Numbered from the stretch's first letter, positions 1-8,668 are shown. The stretch is DNA of 22,704 nt from a virus (IMGVR_UViG_2693429524_000015); one strand, 5' to 3'. Program-made: numbers and translations. The notes: generated by a model from the letters alone, not told the origin.

Positions 1-1005
1 TTAATCCCCCGTGGACACTGCGTGGACACTTACGCCACCTTTCAGCGGATTAAGGGCCACCGCATCCTGCAGGTAATCCGGTGCAAAATGCGCATATGCC
101 ATTGTTTGCTGAATGGTTGCGTGACCAAGAATCTTCTGAAGCGCAATAATGTTTCCTCCGTTCATCACAAAATGGCTGGCGAACGTATGCCGCAGCACAT
201 GTGCAGCCTGGCCTTTTGGTAAATCGGGCTTAACTCTTTTCAGCGCCAGGCAGAATTCCCGGTACTTCACCTCAAACAAGCCGCCTGTTTCTCTGGTTTT
301 GATCGCCTCACAAACTGCCTGCGAAATTGGCACTGTTCTCTTCCGGCCATTTTTGGTTTCAAGAAACGTTACACGGTTATGAACTATCTGTTCACCACGA
401 AGCTTACAAGCTTCACTCCAGCGCGCCCCTGTGCTTAAACACAAAAGCGCAACACGCCAGTAGTCGCCCTCCAGTGTATCGAGCAATAGCGCCACTTCCT
501 TCTGTGACAGGAACGCCATTTCTCGTGGAGATACATAAAGAATAGAAATTCCCCTTACTGGATGTTCTGCATCCCAAAGACCTATTTTTTTCAGCACGGT
601 AAACATTCCGGATAACCGATTCATGTACCTGTTAGCAGATGACGGTTTCAATCCATCAGCTATCTTTTGAGAACGCCACGCGATAATTTTCAGCTTATCA
701 AGATCCACAGCCTGCATATCAGCGCCAAGCTCATTGATTATGTTGCGCAGTTGTTTTCGGTCTTCTTCCGCCTTACGCCTGTGCTGGCCGTGATACATCC
801 ACCACAACTCAAGCAAATCATTTAGCGTTCGACGATCACGGTAGCCCTGTATATATTCCCGCTTTTCAGCGTTCGCCATGATGTAGCGTTCAGTGGCCAC
901 CGCTACCGATTTTTTGTCAAATACCTTACGCACGCGCTTTCCCTTGCGTCCGTTCGGCCTGATGTCCAGCAAATAACGACCATCTTCGAGCTTCTTAATC
1001 GACAT
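1..1005 (-). CDS. int: Tyrosine integrase, P2 Int-like
   Basis: ORF 1..1020 minus. N-terminus MSIKKLEDGRY...DIRPNGRKGKR and C-terminal HVLRHTFASH...LGH...YAHF tyrosine-recombinase motifs resemble P2 Int. Start set at MSIKK (1005), not the upstream MEGFV. Confidence 0.9.
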   Translation of the reverse strand: MSIKKLEDGRYLLDIRPNGRKGKRVRKVFDKKSVAVATERYIMANAEKREYIQGYRDRRTLNDLLELWWMYHGQHRRKAEEDRKQLRNIINELGADMQAVDLDKLKIIAWRSQKIADGLKPSSANRYMNRLSGMFTVLKKIGLWDAEHPVRGISILYVSPREMAFLSQKEVALLLDTLEGDYWRVALLCLSTGARWSEACKLRGEQIVHNRVTFLETKNGRKRTVPISQAVCEAIKTRETGGLFEVKYREFCLALKRVKPDLPKGQAAHVLRHTFASHFVMNGGNIIALQKILGHATIQQTMAYAHFAPDYLQDAVALNPLKGGVSVHAVSTGD

Positions 1006-1101
1006 TACGAAGCCCTCCAATGAACCGCTCTACAATTTCTCCAGCCTCTTTCCAGCAATAATCAGACCAGACAAAAAGCAGGTCTAACCAGTTTTCTGGC
1101 C

Positions 1102-1422
1102 TCAGCGGGATAATTTTTGGATTGTTTCGGTTGAAACGCGATCTCCCTCCGAATTGCAGGAACCATCAAGAGAGAGAGCCGGAGAAATTTGCCCGACCTC
1201 CGGCATCGTTTCATCTGTTGATAACCAATAAGCATACTTCTTAAATTTAGGGTGTTTCGTAACCTTAAGTAAGGCACCCTCTGTTACTTGCTTCCCCCTC
1301 ACCTCATAGTTAGTTACCGTCCCATAAGGCAGCCCAACACAATCCGCAAACTCCTGGCGGGTCATACCTTCTGCTTCACGAATCAGGCGAAATTTTTCAC
1401 CCATGCTTGACAAAGATGCCAT
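1102..1422 (-). CDS. C: Immunity repressor, P2 C-like HTH protein
   Basis: ORF 1102..1476 minus. HTH segment MTRQEFADCVGLPYGTVTNYE and C-terminal KYAYWLSTDETMPEVGQISPAL resemble P2 C (recalled). Lies directly upstream of int on the same strand. Start at MASL (1422) chosen by length; 1404 is also possible. Confidence 0.8.
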   Translation of the reverse strand: MASLSSMGEKFRLIREAEGMTRQEFADCVGLPYGTVTNYEVRGKQVTEGALLKVTKHPKFKKYAYWLSTDETMPEVGQISPALSLDGSCNSEGDRVSTETIQKLSR

Positions 1423-1481
1423 ATCGGGCATATCCCCCATCACAACATGCCACATCGGGCACAAACATAAAAACACTCAAA

Positions 1482-1511
1482 TAAGCCGATATAAGCCATT
1501 TTGAGCCATTC
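1482..1511. repeat. Three tandem 10-bp direct repeats (taagccgata / taagccattt / tgagccattc); candidate C-repressor operator
   Basis: Seen directly in the C-cox divergent intergenic region. P2-type repressors bind direct repeats at the early promoter. Confidence 0.45.
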
Positions 1512-1535
1512 GAACGAATTAGGGAGATTACCACA

Positions 1536-1823
1536 ATGAGCGAATCAGAGCTTGGGGGGTTCATTCAGGTAGCACCATATCCACTTGAAGCGGTGCCATA
1601 TCAACTATTCGCCAAGATGATCGGCCGCAAGGAATCCACAGTCAGAACCATGATTGACGCAGCAAAGCTACCAACAATTGACTTTGTGAAACCAGGTTCA
1701 GTAAAGACGCGTGCATCAGAAAACTGGGTATATCTGCCAGCATTTAACGAAGGCATGCGCAAAGCGTTTTTTGAGCAACCGAAAGAACGCCGCGACGCAT
1801 GGTTGTTGTGGCTGGGACTTTAG
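1536..1823 (+). CDS. cox: Cox-like excisionase / early-promoter regulator
   Basis: 95 aa, divergent from C, RBS agggag upstream. Motifs AVPYQLFAKMIG...WVYLPAF...AWLLWLGL resemble P2 Cox. Confidence 0.8.
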   Translation: MSESELGGFIQVAPYPLEAVPYQLFAKMIGRKESTVRTMIDAAKLPTIDFVKPGSVKTRASENWVYLPAFNEGMRKAFFEQPKERRDAWLLWLGL

Positions 1824-1829
1824 TCATAA

Positions 1830-2036
1830 ATGACCAGCCATATCATCAGCGCCATTCTGACCCTTGTTTTTATTGAGATAGGCGTAATAGAGATCTATTT
1901 GTTTCGCAAGTTAACGGGACATAAAGAACGCTTTATTGAACTCAGCATTGAATATATCGCCGCTTATACCAAAGGACTTTTCCCGGCAGCTATTGGGGCG
2001 ATGTTGATAGCGTTTGTTATCTGGTTTATCGGGTGA
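1830..2036 (+). CDS. Small hydrophobic membrane protein (hypothetical)
   Basis: 68 aa with two predicted hydrophobic helices, immediately after cox in the early operon. Confidence 0.5.
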   Translation: MTSHIISAILTLVFIEIGVIEIYLFRKLTGHKERFIELSIEYIAAYTKGLFPAAIGAMLIAFVIWFIG

Positions 2037-2075
2037 GAAACCTGACAACCCACAACTACTGCAATGAGGGTAATT

Positions 2076-2183
2076 ATGTGTGGCATGGACAAATTGGACC
2101 TTATGTTAATTGTAATACTATCAATTAACTTCGGTTACCTCTTAAGCGGCGCAATTCTCATGTGCGGAGGCAAACGAAAATGA
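2076..2183 (+). CDS. Possible 35-aa hydrophobic micro-protein (not in the ORF track)
   Basis: ATG at 2076 preceded by gaggg; hand translation MCGMDKLDLMLIVILSINFGYLLSGAILMCGGKRK; stop at 2181-2183. Confidence 0.25.
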   Translation: MCGMDKLDLMLIVILSINFGYLLSGAILMCGGKRK

Positions 2184-2288
2184 ACCAGCAGTCCGCAAAA
2201 CGTGAAAACAATGCGATGCGATTTAATCGCAAATATTTTGAGTTCGGCCTCTATGCCGGAATAATTAAATCTGTACAGAGTCTTTAAC

Positions 2289-2630
2289 ATGAAACAGCAA
2301 CGTAATTCACGCTTTCGCAATGGTGCAGAACGCCACGCTAACCGTTTTGCTACCAGTGCATCACGCAGCAACATCCGCTACAGCCTGAGTGATACACACG
2401 CAACGCCGGATGGCTACCCAGTAAAACAAATCGGCGAGCATGCCTGGCTGATTGAGAAAGCTGGAATCGTGGTCCACAAATGCCCGCGCAATCCGTTTAC
2501 CGGAAACCGCATTTTTGCTCTGAGCAGCGGCGACAATCAGTTCGGGCAGGATTTCACATTATACGAAGCGCTTCGCACGGTTGATCGTCTGCTGCGTGGA
2601 CAGAGTTTTATTAAACAGGCTGATTTATAA
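2289..2630 (+). CDS. Hypothetical early protein
   Basis: 113-aa ORF in early-operon orientation; basic N-terminus; no family recognised. Confidence 0.55.
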   Translation: MKQQRNSRFRNGAERHANRFATSASRSNIRYSLSDTHATPDGYPVKQIGEHAWLIEKAGIVVHKCPRNPFTGNRIFALSSGDNQFGQDFTLYEALRTVDRLLRGQSFIKQADL

Positions 2631-2640
2631 CAGGTGCTTT

Positions 2641-2928
2641 ATGACTAAAGACCATACTCAAGGTGTATTTATCCGCTTTATTGATTTTCGCGGTGAACTG
2701 TTATTACGCGCATCCGCTATTGATGGAGTGGCTCCGGCGGGGAAAAACGGAGCCGCCGAAGCCACTTACGTTTATCTGAACGGCACGCGACTGATCGTGG
2801 AACTTCCGTACCAGACCGTACGCGAAATCATTAGCGAAGCTGAAAAGGCTCGTCAGGTTAATGGCGATAAACCCTATATCGAAATTATCTGTATGGATTC
2901 AGAAACTGAAATTCAGAAAGCAGATTAA
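2641..2928 (+). CDS. Hypothetical early protein
   Basis: ORF 2581..2928; start placed at ATG 2641 (MTKDH) to avoid overlapping the previous gene. Confidence 0.5.
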   Translation: MTKDHTQGVFIRFIDFRGELLLRASAIDGVAPAGKNGAAEATYVYLNGTRLIVELPYQTVREIISEAEKARQVNGDKPYIEIICMDSETEIQKAD

Positions 2929-2939
2929 AGGGCGTTGCG

Positions 2940-3182
2940 ATGGGCAAAGAATATAAAACTCTCATTAACAAAGCACTTGAGCGCTTTTATTTTCGCTTAA
3001 GTGCATCAGGCGCTCATGCTGAACGTGCGGCCCGTGACTCATTGACCAGAGCAATCCGAAGTCTGTATGACGTGGCTTTTTACGCTGATGATCTGGATGC
3101 ACTTAACGAACTTTCCGAGCTGATCTGTGCCGCAGAATGCGGGGAACATATTGAACCGTATGAGCTGGGGAATATCGCATGA
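2940..3182 (+). CDS. Hypothetical early protein
   Basis: 80-aa ORF, tightly packed in the operon. Confidence 0.5.
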   Translation: MGKEYKTLINKALERFYFRLSASGAHAERAARDSLTRAIRSLYDVAFYADDLDALNELSELICAAECGEHIEPYELGNIA

Positions 3183-3292
3183 GTATATTTATCTCATGGC
3201 TTGTTCTGATTATTTCGGTGGCCTGCGCTATTGGGATTATGCGAATTATTCATTCAATAAAAAAGATTGAACGCTTTTTCACTGGCGAATAA
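3179..3292 (+). CDS. Possible 37-aa membrane micro-protein (not in the ORF track)
   Basis: ATG 3179 overlaps the stop of the previous ORF (ATGA); hand translation MSIFISWLVLIISVACAIGIMRIIHSIKKIERFFTGE; stop 3290-3292. Confidence 0.35.
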   Translation: MSIFISWLVLIISVACAIGIMRIIHSIKKIERFFTGE

Positions 3293-3378
3293 CAGAGCAA
3301 ATAAAACCACAGATTAAATAAGAAAATGTAAAAACAATCCGCATTCGCGGAGGTATTCGCACACGCCAAGGAGGCGTA

Positions 3379-3582
3379 ATGGCAATTAAGCATTTTCCTG
3401 TCGTTCGTTTTACCTCCAGAGGGCGTGAATACGAAGTCGACGAACGCCTGATTACCACAATCGACAAACACCGTTCAGAAAAGGATGCACATCACATCTA
3501 TCTCACTGACGGCACTTACTTCTGCGCCACGAATGTGGTGCGGGTGAACCTTATCCGACAGGTACAGGAGTCACGCAGATGA
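3379..3582 (+). CDS. Hypothetical early protein
   Basis: 67 aa; strong RBS aaggagg 7 nt upstream. Confidence 0.6.
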   Translation: MAIKHFPVVRFTSRGREYEVDERLITTIDKHRSEKDAHHIYLTDGTYFCATNVVRVNLIRQVQESRR

Positions 3583-3824
3583 CCATTCTGGACTATATCG
3601 CCGCCAATCCGGGGTGTAGCGGTGGAGAAATCGCCGCAGCACTGAATACACCAACCACAACCATTAATGCGGAGCTACGCCGTCTCTGGCGCAGCGGTTT
3701 AGTCACAAGAAAAGAGCGCAAAACAGGCGGTCGCTTTTCTTATCAGGTAAACCTGATGCCGTTTGGGTGTAGCAACCCACTAACCCAGATGTTCAACCAG
3801 CTACTGAGGGAAATCAGAGCATGA
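3579..3824 (+). CDS. Small winged-helix-like DNA-binding protein (putative)
   Basis: 81 aa; start overlaps the previous stop (ATGA); segment LDYIAANPGCSGGEIAAALNTPTTTINAELRRLWRSGLV resembles a wHTH. Confidence 0.55.
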   Translation: MTILDYIAANPGCSGGEIAAALNTPTTTINAELRRLWRSGLVTRKERKTGGRFSYQVNLMPFGCSNPLTQMFNQLLREIRA

Positions 3825-3965
3825 GCACCTCCAACTGCCGGAAACCACGTCGGGCTTCAGCAGCTCATCCGGCAGCAAAACAAACTCCATTAATTCCTGT
3901 TCCGGGCCTTTCCTGCACCTTGCGGCGGGAGGCCTTCGCACATCTGTAACAAGAGGATTGCCGCA

Positions 3966-4331
3966 ATGATTCTCGCCAACGACTTTCTTGAATACCTGCT
4001 CAACACAGAGCGTGATCTTGCCGCTCGCGTGCGTGATCGTTATGACATGTACCTGAAATCCCTGTCTGTACCGCAGCTCGCTGACGGAAAGATTGTTATT
4101 GATGGTCGCTACATGATTGACAGCCACGAGGGAAATTACAGGCTTTACCGCATTGAAGATGGCACCCCGTCCGTTATTGGCATTTACCAGCGCCCATCCT
4201 CTGCAATCGTCGATGTGATTGCCGACAGCATCCGCATCACACATCGCCATGCCGACACAGAAGACACCGTGCTGGAAATTCAGCGGCTGGCTACAGTCTG
4301 CCGCGACACCCTGAATGGCATGACGAAGTAA
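3966..4331 (+). CDS. Hypothetical early protein
   Basis: 121-aa ORF with RBS agagga, directly upstream of the A gene. Confidence 0.55.
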   Translation: MILANDFLEYLLNTERDLAARVRDRYDMYLKSLSVPQLADGKIVIDGRYMIDSHEGNYRLYRIEDGTPSVIGIYQRPSSAIVDVIADSIRITHRHADTEDTVLEIQRLATVCRDTLNGMTK

Positions 4332-4337
4332 ATCACT

Positions 4338-7160
4338 ATGACGGCAGAGTACATCAGGGACTGGCAACAACCGCGCCACGCAGTGGGGCGTGAAGGAACG
4401 GGGATCCCCGCTCCTGAATCCGCGCTTTCCTCCTGGCTGGATGCCTACCGGGTAGAGAACGAGCGCCGCCAGGAAATGGCTGATGCGGCGTTCTCCGCCA
4501 CGCCACTGGGCAACCTGATTAATAAAAGCCTGGACGCACAGGAAAAACAGGACAAAACCATCACACTGGCAGGAGACGCCAGAAAACAGGCACGCGGCGC
4601 GGTGGATGAAGCCATGGCCTCGCTGCGCCTGCTGCCGTCCTATCTGCGCGATCCGCTTATTCGCCACCTCTCCTTCCTGCGCAAAAAACAGGAAGCCGAT
4701 CGCCGGAAAGGCAAAAAGAGCTGGCAGGCGGAACGCTATGCACGCGGAACCCTGCGCAAAATATTCGAACGTCTGGATCGCACTGACGGACACTGGCTGA
4801 CACCGGGTTATCGCTCCCTTGCCGGACGCGAACGCCTGGACGATTTGCTTTACCTGCCGCAGCTCAACAAACACCAGATACAGACGCTGGCCACCATGAC
4901 GGCGGCGATGTTCAGCAGCACCTTCGAAAAACTCTGCGATGGCTTTGGCGCGACCGATGGCGAACTGACCATGGATGTAACGCTGAAGGCGTATCAGATG
5001 CTGGCCCGCATGGCGTTACACCTGCACATCATGCCTCCACATTATGACGCACTGACAACAGATAAAGACCGGAGGAACGAACCGGACACGGAGCTGCTGC
5101 CGGGCGCAATCCTTCGCCTGACCTGTGCGGAATGGTGGAAACGCAAACTGTGGCTGTTACGTTGCGAGTGGAGAGAAGAACAACTCCGCGCCGCCTGTCT
5201 GGTTTCCAGAAAAACATCACCCTATCTGAGCCAGGACGCGTTAAGCGAGTTTCGCGCACAGCGCGAGAAAACACGCGATTTCCTGAAAAGTTTCATGCTG
5301 GAAAACGAAGACGGGTTCACGATTGATCTCGAGACAGTGTATTACGCGGGAGTAAGTAACCCGGTTCACCGTAAGGCAGAAATGATGGCCACCATGAAGG
5401 GGCTGGAACTTCTGGCCGAAGCCCGTGGCGACAAAGCGGTGTTTCTAACTGTCACCTGCCCGTCAAAATACCACGCCACAACAGAGAACGGTCATCCGAA
5501 TCCCAAATGGAACGGGGCCACCATGCGCGACTCCAGCGATTACCTGGTTAACACGTTTTTTGCAGCGGTCCGCAAGAAACTGAACCGCGACGGCCTGCGC
5601 TGGTATGGCATCCGCACGGTGGAGCCTCACCATGACGGCACCGTGCACTGGCATATGATGGTCTTTGCTCATCCGGAAGAAATCGACACCATTGTGTCCC
5701 ACACCCGCGATATTGCCATTCAGGAAGATCGTCACGAGCTGGGTGATGATATTACCCCACGCTTTAAGGCGGAGTACGTCGACGGCTCAAAAGGCACGCC
5801 AACCAGCTACATCGCCACCTACATCGGAAAGAACCTGGACAGCCGCGCCGTGGATGGCATCGACCCGAAAACGGGCAAGCCACGCGTTGACCACGAAACA
5901 GGTAAATCAATGGCCGAGAGCGTGGAGCGAGCCATCGGCTGGGCGCGCCTTCACCGGGTCCGCCAGTTCCAGTTCTTTGGCATCCCCTCCCGTCAGGTGT
6001 GGCGTGAACTCCGCCGCCTTGCCAGCCAGATGGCACGCAACCCGGAAGGCCCGCAACGGCTGAAGGATGACGCAATGGATGCGGTACTCGCTGCCGCTGA
6101 TGCCGGATGTTTTGCCACCTACATTGAAAAACAGGGTGGCGTACTTGTTCCGCGCAAGGACTACCTGATTCGCACAGCCTACGACCTCGCAGATGAGCTG
6201 AACGATTACGGCGAACAGAGTGTACAGATTTACGGGATCTGGTCGCCATTCATCGGGGAATCCTCCCGTGTGTGCACGCATCCGGATAACTGGAAGCTGG
6301 TAAGACGTAAACCGGAAGCGGAAGACAGCGCCCGCGAAAATGGTTTTGACCTTCAGGGCGGCCCTGCCGCCCCTTGGACTCGTGGCAATAACTGTCCCCG
6401 TGTACAGGAAACAGGCAACAACGGGACAGAACAGCCGGAAGAACGGCCAGCACCGTGGCCGCAGCTTCCTGACGGCGTTGAAGTAAATGAATGGATGCGC
6501 TCACTGAAACGGCACGAACGCCGGGCGCTGATGCGTTCGCTTCGTGACAAACAGGCAAAAAACAGCAGCGATGAAATGCAGAACTGGACACAGAGCCGCA
6601 AACAGCAGCGGCCTTTGCCTGATAACCACGAGTTACTCGCTAAAGAATGGCGGGAGTCTGCTGAATCTCTCGGCCTGCATATCGGTGAACAACAGATGCA
6701 GCACCTGTTACGGGGCGGCAGTCTGTACGTTGACGGCAGCATCATTGCACCGCAGGGATTTGAAATTGTACGCAAACCGGATACCCGCCCGGACAGCCGA
6801 ATCACGCAGCTCTGGCAGCGTCTGAGCCGTAATCATGGCGTAAGCAGCACGGAGATCCGCCATAACCCGGTCGCCAGCTATCTGGCACAGCTGGGGGCAT
6901 CAGACCCTGAAGCCGCCGCACGCCTGGCATCCACACTTCAGCAGGACCAGAACACCATGAAAACACCCGTTACCGTGCTTTCTGACATGCTGCGCGCCAT
7001 CCGCGACGCAGAGCACGCACAGAGAATCAGTGAAACCACTGAACGCGCCAGCCGCAAAGCAGACCTGCTGCGGGGTGGCCTGACCAGTGGAAACAAAAAA
7101 CAGACAGAAACGGGACTCACGAATCCCGTAAATGAGCAAAAAACGCGCAGCGATATATGA
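4338..7160 (+). CDS. A: Rolling-circle replication initiator endonuclease, P2 gpA-like, with a long C-terminal extension
   Basis: 940 aa. HUH-type motif VHWHMMVF and paired tyrosines SYIATYIGK (Y-x3-Y) as in P2 A. The protein is about 180 aa longer than P2 A as I recall it. Confidence 0.9.
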   Translation: MTAEYIRDWQQPRHAVGREGTGIPAPESALSSWLDAYRVENERRQEMADAAFSATPLGNLINKSLDAQEKQDKTITLAGDARKQARGAVDEAMASLRLLPSYLRDPLIRHLSFLRKKQEADRRKGKKSWQAERYARGTLRKIFERLDRTDGHWLTPGYRSLAGRERLDDLLYLPQLNKHQIQTLATMTAAMFSSTFEKLCDGFGATDGELTMDVTLKAYQMLARMALHLHIMPPHYDALTTDKDRRNEPDTELLPGAILRLTCAEWWKRKLWLLRCEWREEQLRAACLVSRKTSPYLSQDALSEFRAQREKTRDFLKSFMLENEDGFTIDLETVYYAGVSNPVHRKAEMMATMKGLELLAEARGDKAVFLTVTCPSKYHATTENGHPNPKWNGATMRDSSDYLVNTFFAAVRKKLNRDGLRWYGIRTVEPHHDGTVHWHMMVFAHPEEIDTIVSHTRDIAIQEDRHELGDDITPRFKAEYVDGSKGTPTSYIATYIGKNLDSRAVDGIDPKTGKPRVDHETGKSMAESVERAIGWARLHRVRQFQFFGIPSRQVWRELRRLASQMARNPEGPQRLKDDAMDAVLAAADAGCFATYIEKQGGVLVPRKDYLIRTAYDLADELNDYGEQSVQIYGIWSPFIGESSRVCTHPDNWKLVRRKPEAEDSARENGFDLQGGPAAPWTRGNNCPRVQETGNNGTEQPEERPAPWPQLPDGVEVNEWMRSLKRHERRALMRSLRDKQAKNSSDEMQNWTQSRKQQRPLPDNHELLAKEWRESAESLGLHIGEQQMQHLLRGGSLYVDGSIIAPQGFEIVRKPDTRPDSRITQLWQRLSRNHGVSSTEIRHNPVASYLAQLGASDPEAAARLASTLQQDQNTMKTPVTVLSDMLRAIRDAEHAQRISETTERASRKADLLRGGLTSGNKKQTETGLTNPVNEQKTRSDI

Positions 7161-7210
7161 AGCGCGCACAAAACAGGCAAAAACGGGATTTCAGAATCCC
7201 GTAAACGATT
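7092..7210. repeat. Two copies of a ~40-bp direct repeat, each with an internal hairpin; candidate parC-like centromere/operator
   Basis: Copy 1 about 7092-7140 (acaaaaaacagacagaaacgggactcacgaatcccgtaaatga), copy 2 about 7167-7210 (acaaaacaggcaaaaacgggatttcagaatcccgtaaacga). Copy 2 contains a perfect 8-bp inverted repeat acgggatt/aatcccgt. The copies flank a GC/AT-rich spacer upstream of the parM-like gene. Confidence 0.5.
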
Positions 7211-7236
7211 AATTAATCAACATAAGGAAAACCGAC

Positions 7237-8196
7237 ATGAAAATTTACATCGACGACGGCTCCACCAACATCAAGCTGGCATGGACTGAGAACGGCGAAC
7301 GCCGCAACGCCATCAGCCCGAACAGCTTCAAGTCGGAATGGTCTGCGCCGTTCGGTGGCTCGCAGCCTGCTAACTACATGCTTGATGGCGTGCGCTATGG
7401 TTTTGATCCGGTCAGCGATCGCTTTGTCCAGACGACCGACACGCAATACCAGTACAGCGATGTGAATGTCATTGCCATTCATCACGCGCTGGTCAAATCA
7501 GACATCACGCCACAGGAAGTGGATGTGGTTGTTACCCTGCCACTGAGCGAATATTTCGACACAAACGCACAGCCGGACATGGCCAACATCAACCGCAAAA
7601 AAGCGAACGTCATGCGCCCGGTGGAGTACCAGAACGGCGAAGCATTCACTATCCGTAACGTACGGGTTATGCCTGAATCCATTCCGGCTGGCTTTAAAGC
7701 ACTGGCTGACATGAGTCCGTTTGAATCCCTGCTGATTGTGGATTTGGGCGGAACCACGCTGGATGTGGCAAAGGTTCAGGGGCAACTGGCAGGTATCAGC
7801 CAGGTGTTTTGCGATCCACACGTAGGCGTTTCTCTTATGGCCGATGCCGTACTGTCGGTGATGGCCACTAACGGTATGCGCACCAGTCACCACATCGCCA
7901 ATACCATTATCGAACATCGCCATAATGAAGCCTGGCTGCGCCAGCACATCCACAATGACGCGCATTACGCCAGCCTGATGGCGGTTATTCGTGAAAAGGA
8001 AGAAACACTGAAACAACGCGTGATCCGCGCGCTGGCGGTTTTTTCGGGTTACGGGCGGGTGATGGTTGTCGGTGGCGGGGCGGAGATTGTGGCACCCGCT
8101 ATCCGCGAAGCCTGCGGAGTTAATGCGACTTTCATCGCGGACGGGGTGCCACAGTTTGCTCTGGTTAATGGGCTGTACGCAATGGACAAGGAGTAA
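7237..8196 (+). CDS. parM: Actin-like segregation ATPase, ParM/StbA family
   Basis: 319 aa. Actin-fold motifs MKIYIDDGSTNIKLAW, LIVDLGGTTLDV and VMVVGGGAE. From memory it aligns along its whole length with plasmid R1 ParM. RBS aaggaaa upstream. Confidence 0.8.
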   Translation: MKIYIDDGSTNIKLAWTENGERRNAISPNSFKSEWSAPFGGSQPANYMLDGVRYGFDPVSDRFVQTTDTQYQYSDVNVIAIHHALVKSDITPQEVDVVVTLPLSEYFDTNAQPDMANINRKKANVMRPVEYQNGEAFTIRNVRVMPESIPAGFKALADMSPFESLLIVDLGGTTLDVAKVQGQLAGISQVFCDPHVGVSLMADAVLSVMATNGMRTSHHIANTIIEHRHNEAWLRQHIHNDAHYASLMAVIREKEETLKQRVIRALAVFSGYGRVMVVGGGAEIVAPAIREACGVNATFIADGVPQFALVNGLYAMDKE

Positions 8197-8200
8197 ACCA

Positions 8201-8512
8201 ATGACGACACCAACCAGACGGATAAGTTTCTATCTGAAGCCCGCCGCCGTCAAGAACGAAGGAGAAGCATGCGCCTGGCTGGACAGCCTTACACCAGAAG
8301 CCCGCAAAAGCGGCCAACGCGTGGCTTTTCTGGCCGGGCTGGCACTTCTGAAGACGAATCCGGCAGAGGCTTACCGACTGGCCGCATGGGCTGATGATGA
8401 GATGTTACCTGTGACACAAATCAGCTCAAAAAAGTTTGAAGCACAGTCTGCACCAGTGGCTAAGATAACCAGCCAGATGGCTGGGAATATCCGGGCGTTA
8501 TTTCCTGAGTAA
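8201..8512 (+). CDS. parR: ParR-like centromere-binding adaptor (putative)
   Basis: 103 aa; start 4 nt after the parM stop with RBS aaggag. N-terminus RRISFYLKPAAV...AWLDSLTPEARKSGQRVAFLAGLALL resembles R1 ParR (RRTIAFKLNP...DTLDSIPQGERSRLNRAALTAGLALY) as recalled. Confidence 0.7.
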   Translation: MTTPTRRISFYLKPAAVKNEGEACAWLDSLTPEARKSGQRVAFLAGLALLKTNPAEAYRLAAWADDEMLPVTQISSKKFEAQSAPVAKITSQMAGNIRALFPE

Positions 8513-8640
8513 AAGCATCTGCGCGAAAAATGCTCACGTTTATAGAGACAGTATCATTCCATTTGGCACACTTACTTCAATAATCGATCTGTTAAACAAA
8601 TAGATTGTCTATTATCTATCGATTAAAACGATCAATTATC

Positions 8641-8668
8641 TTGACAGTAATGTGCCTTTTTGTAAGAT
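8641..8668 (+). promoter_or_regulatory. Candidate sigma70 promoter (TTGACA-N16-TAAGAT)
   Basis: ttgaca at 8641-8646 and taagat at 8663-8668, downstream of an AT-rich palindrome-rich region. Confidence 0.4.

Noticed and set aside
1-30. Direct repeat gtggacact twice at the very start of the window, considered as an att core
   Set aside because: Lies inside the int C-terminal coding sequence and the window ends there, so an attachment site cannot be established.
3801-4874. 357-aa ORF on the minus strand
   Set aside because: Antisense to the A gene and the 3966 ORF; Cys/Arg-rich low-complexity translation; no RBS context. Judged a shadow ORF.
5764-6805. Several 110-160-aa ORFs in other frames within gene A
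   Set aside because: All are nested in the A coding region with low-complexity translations typical of out-of-frame GC-rich sequence.
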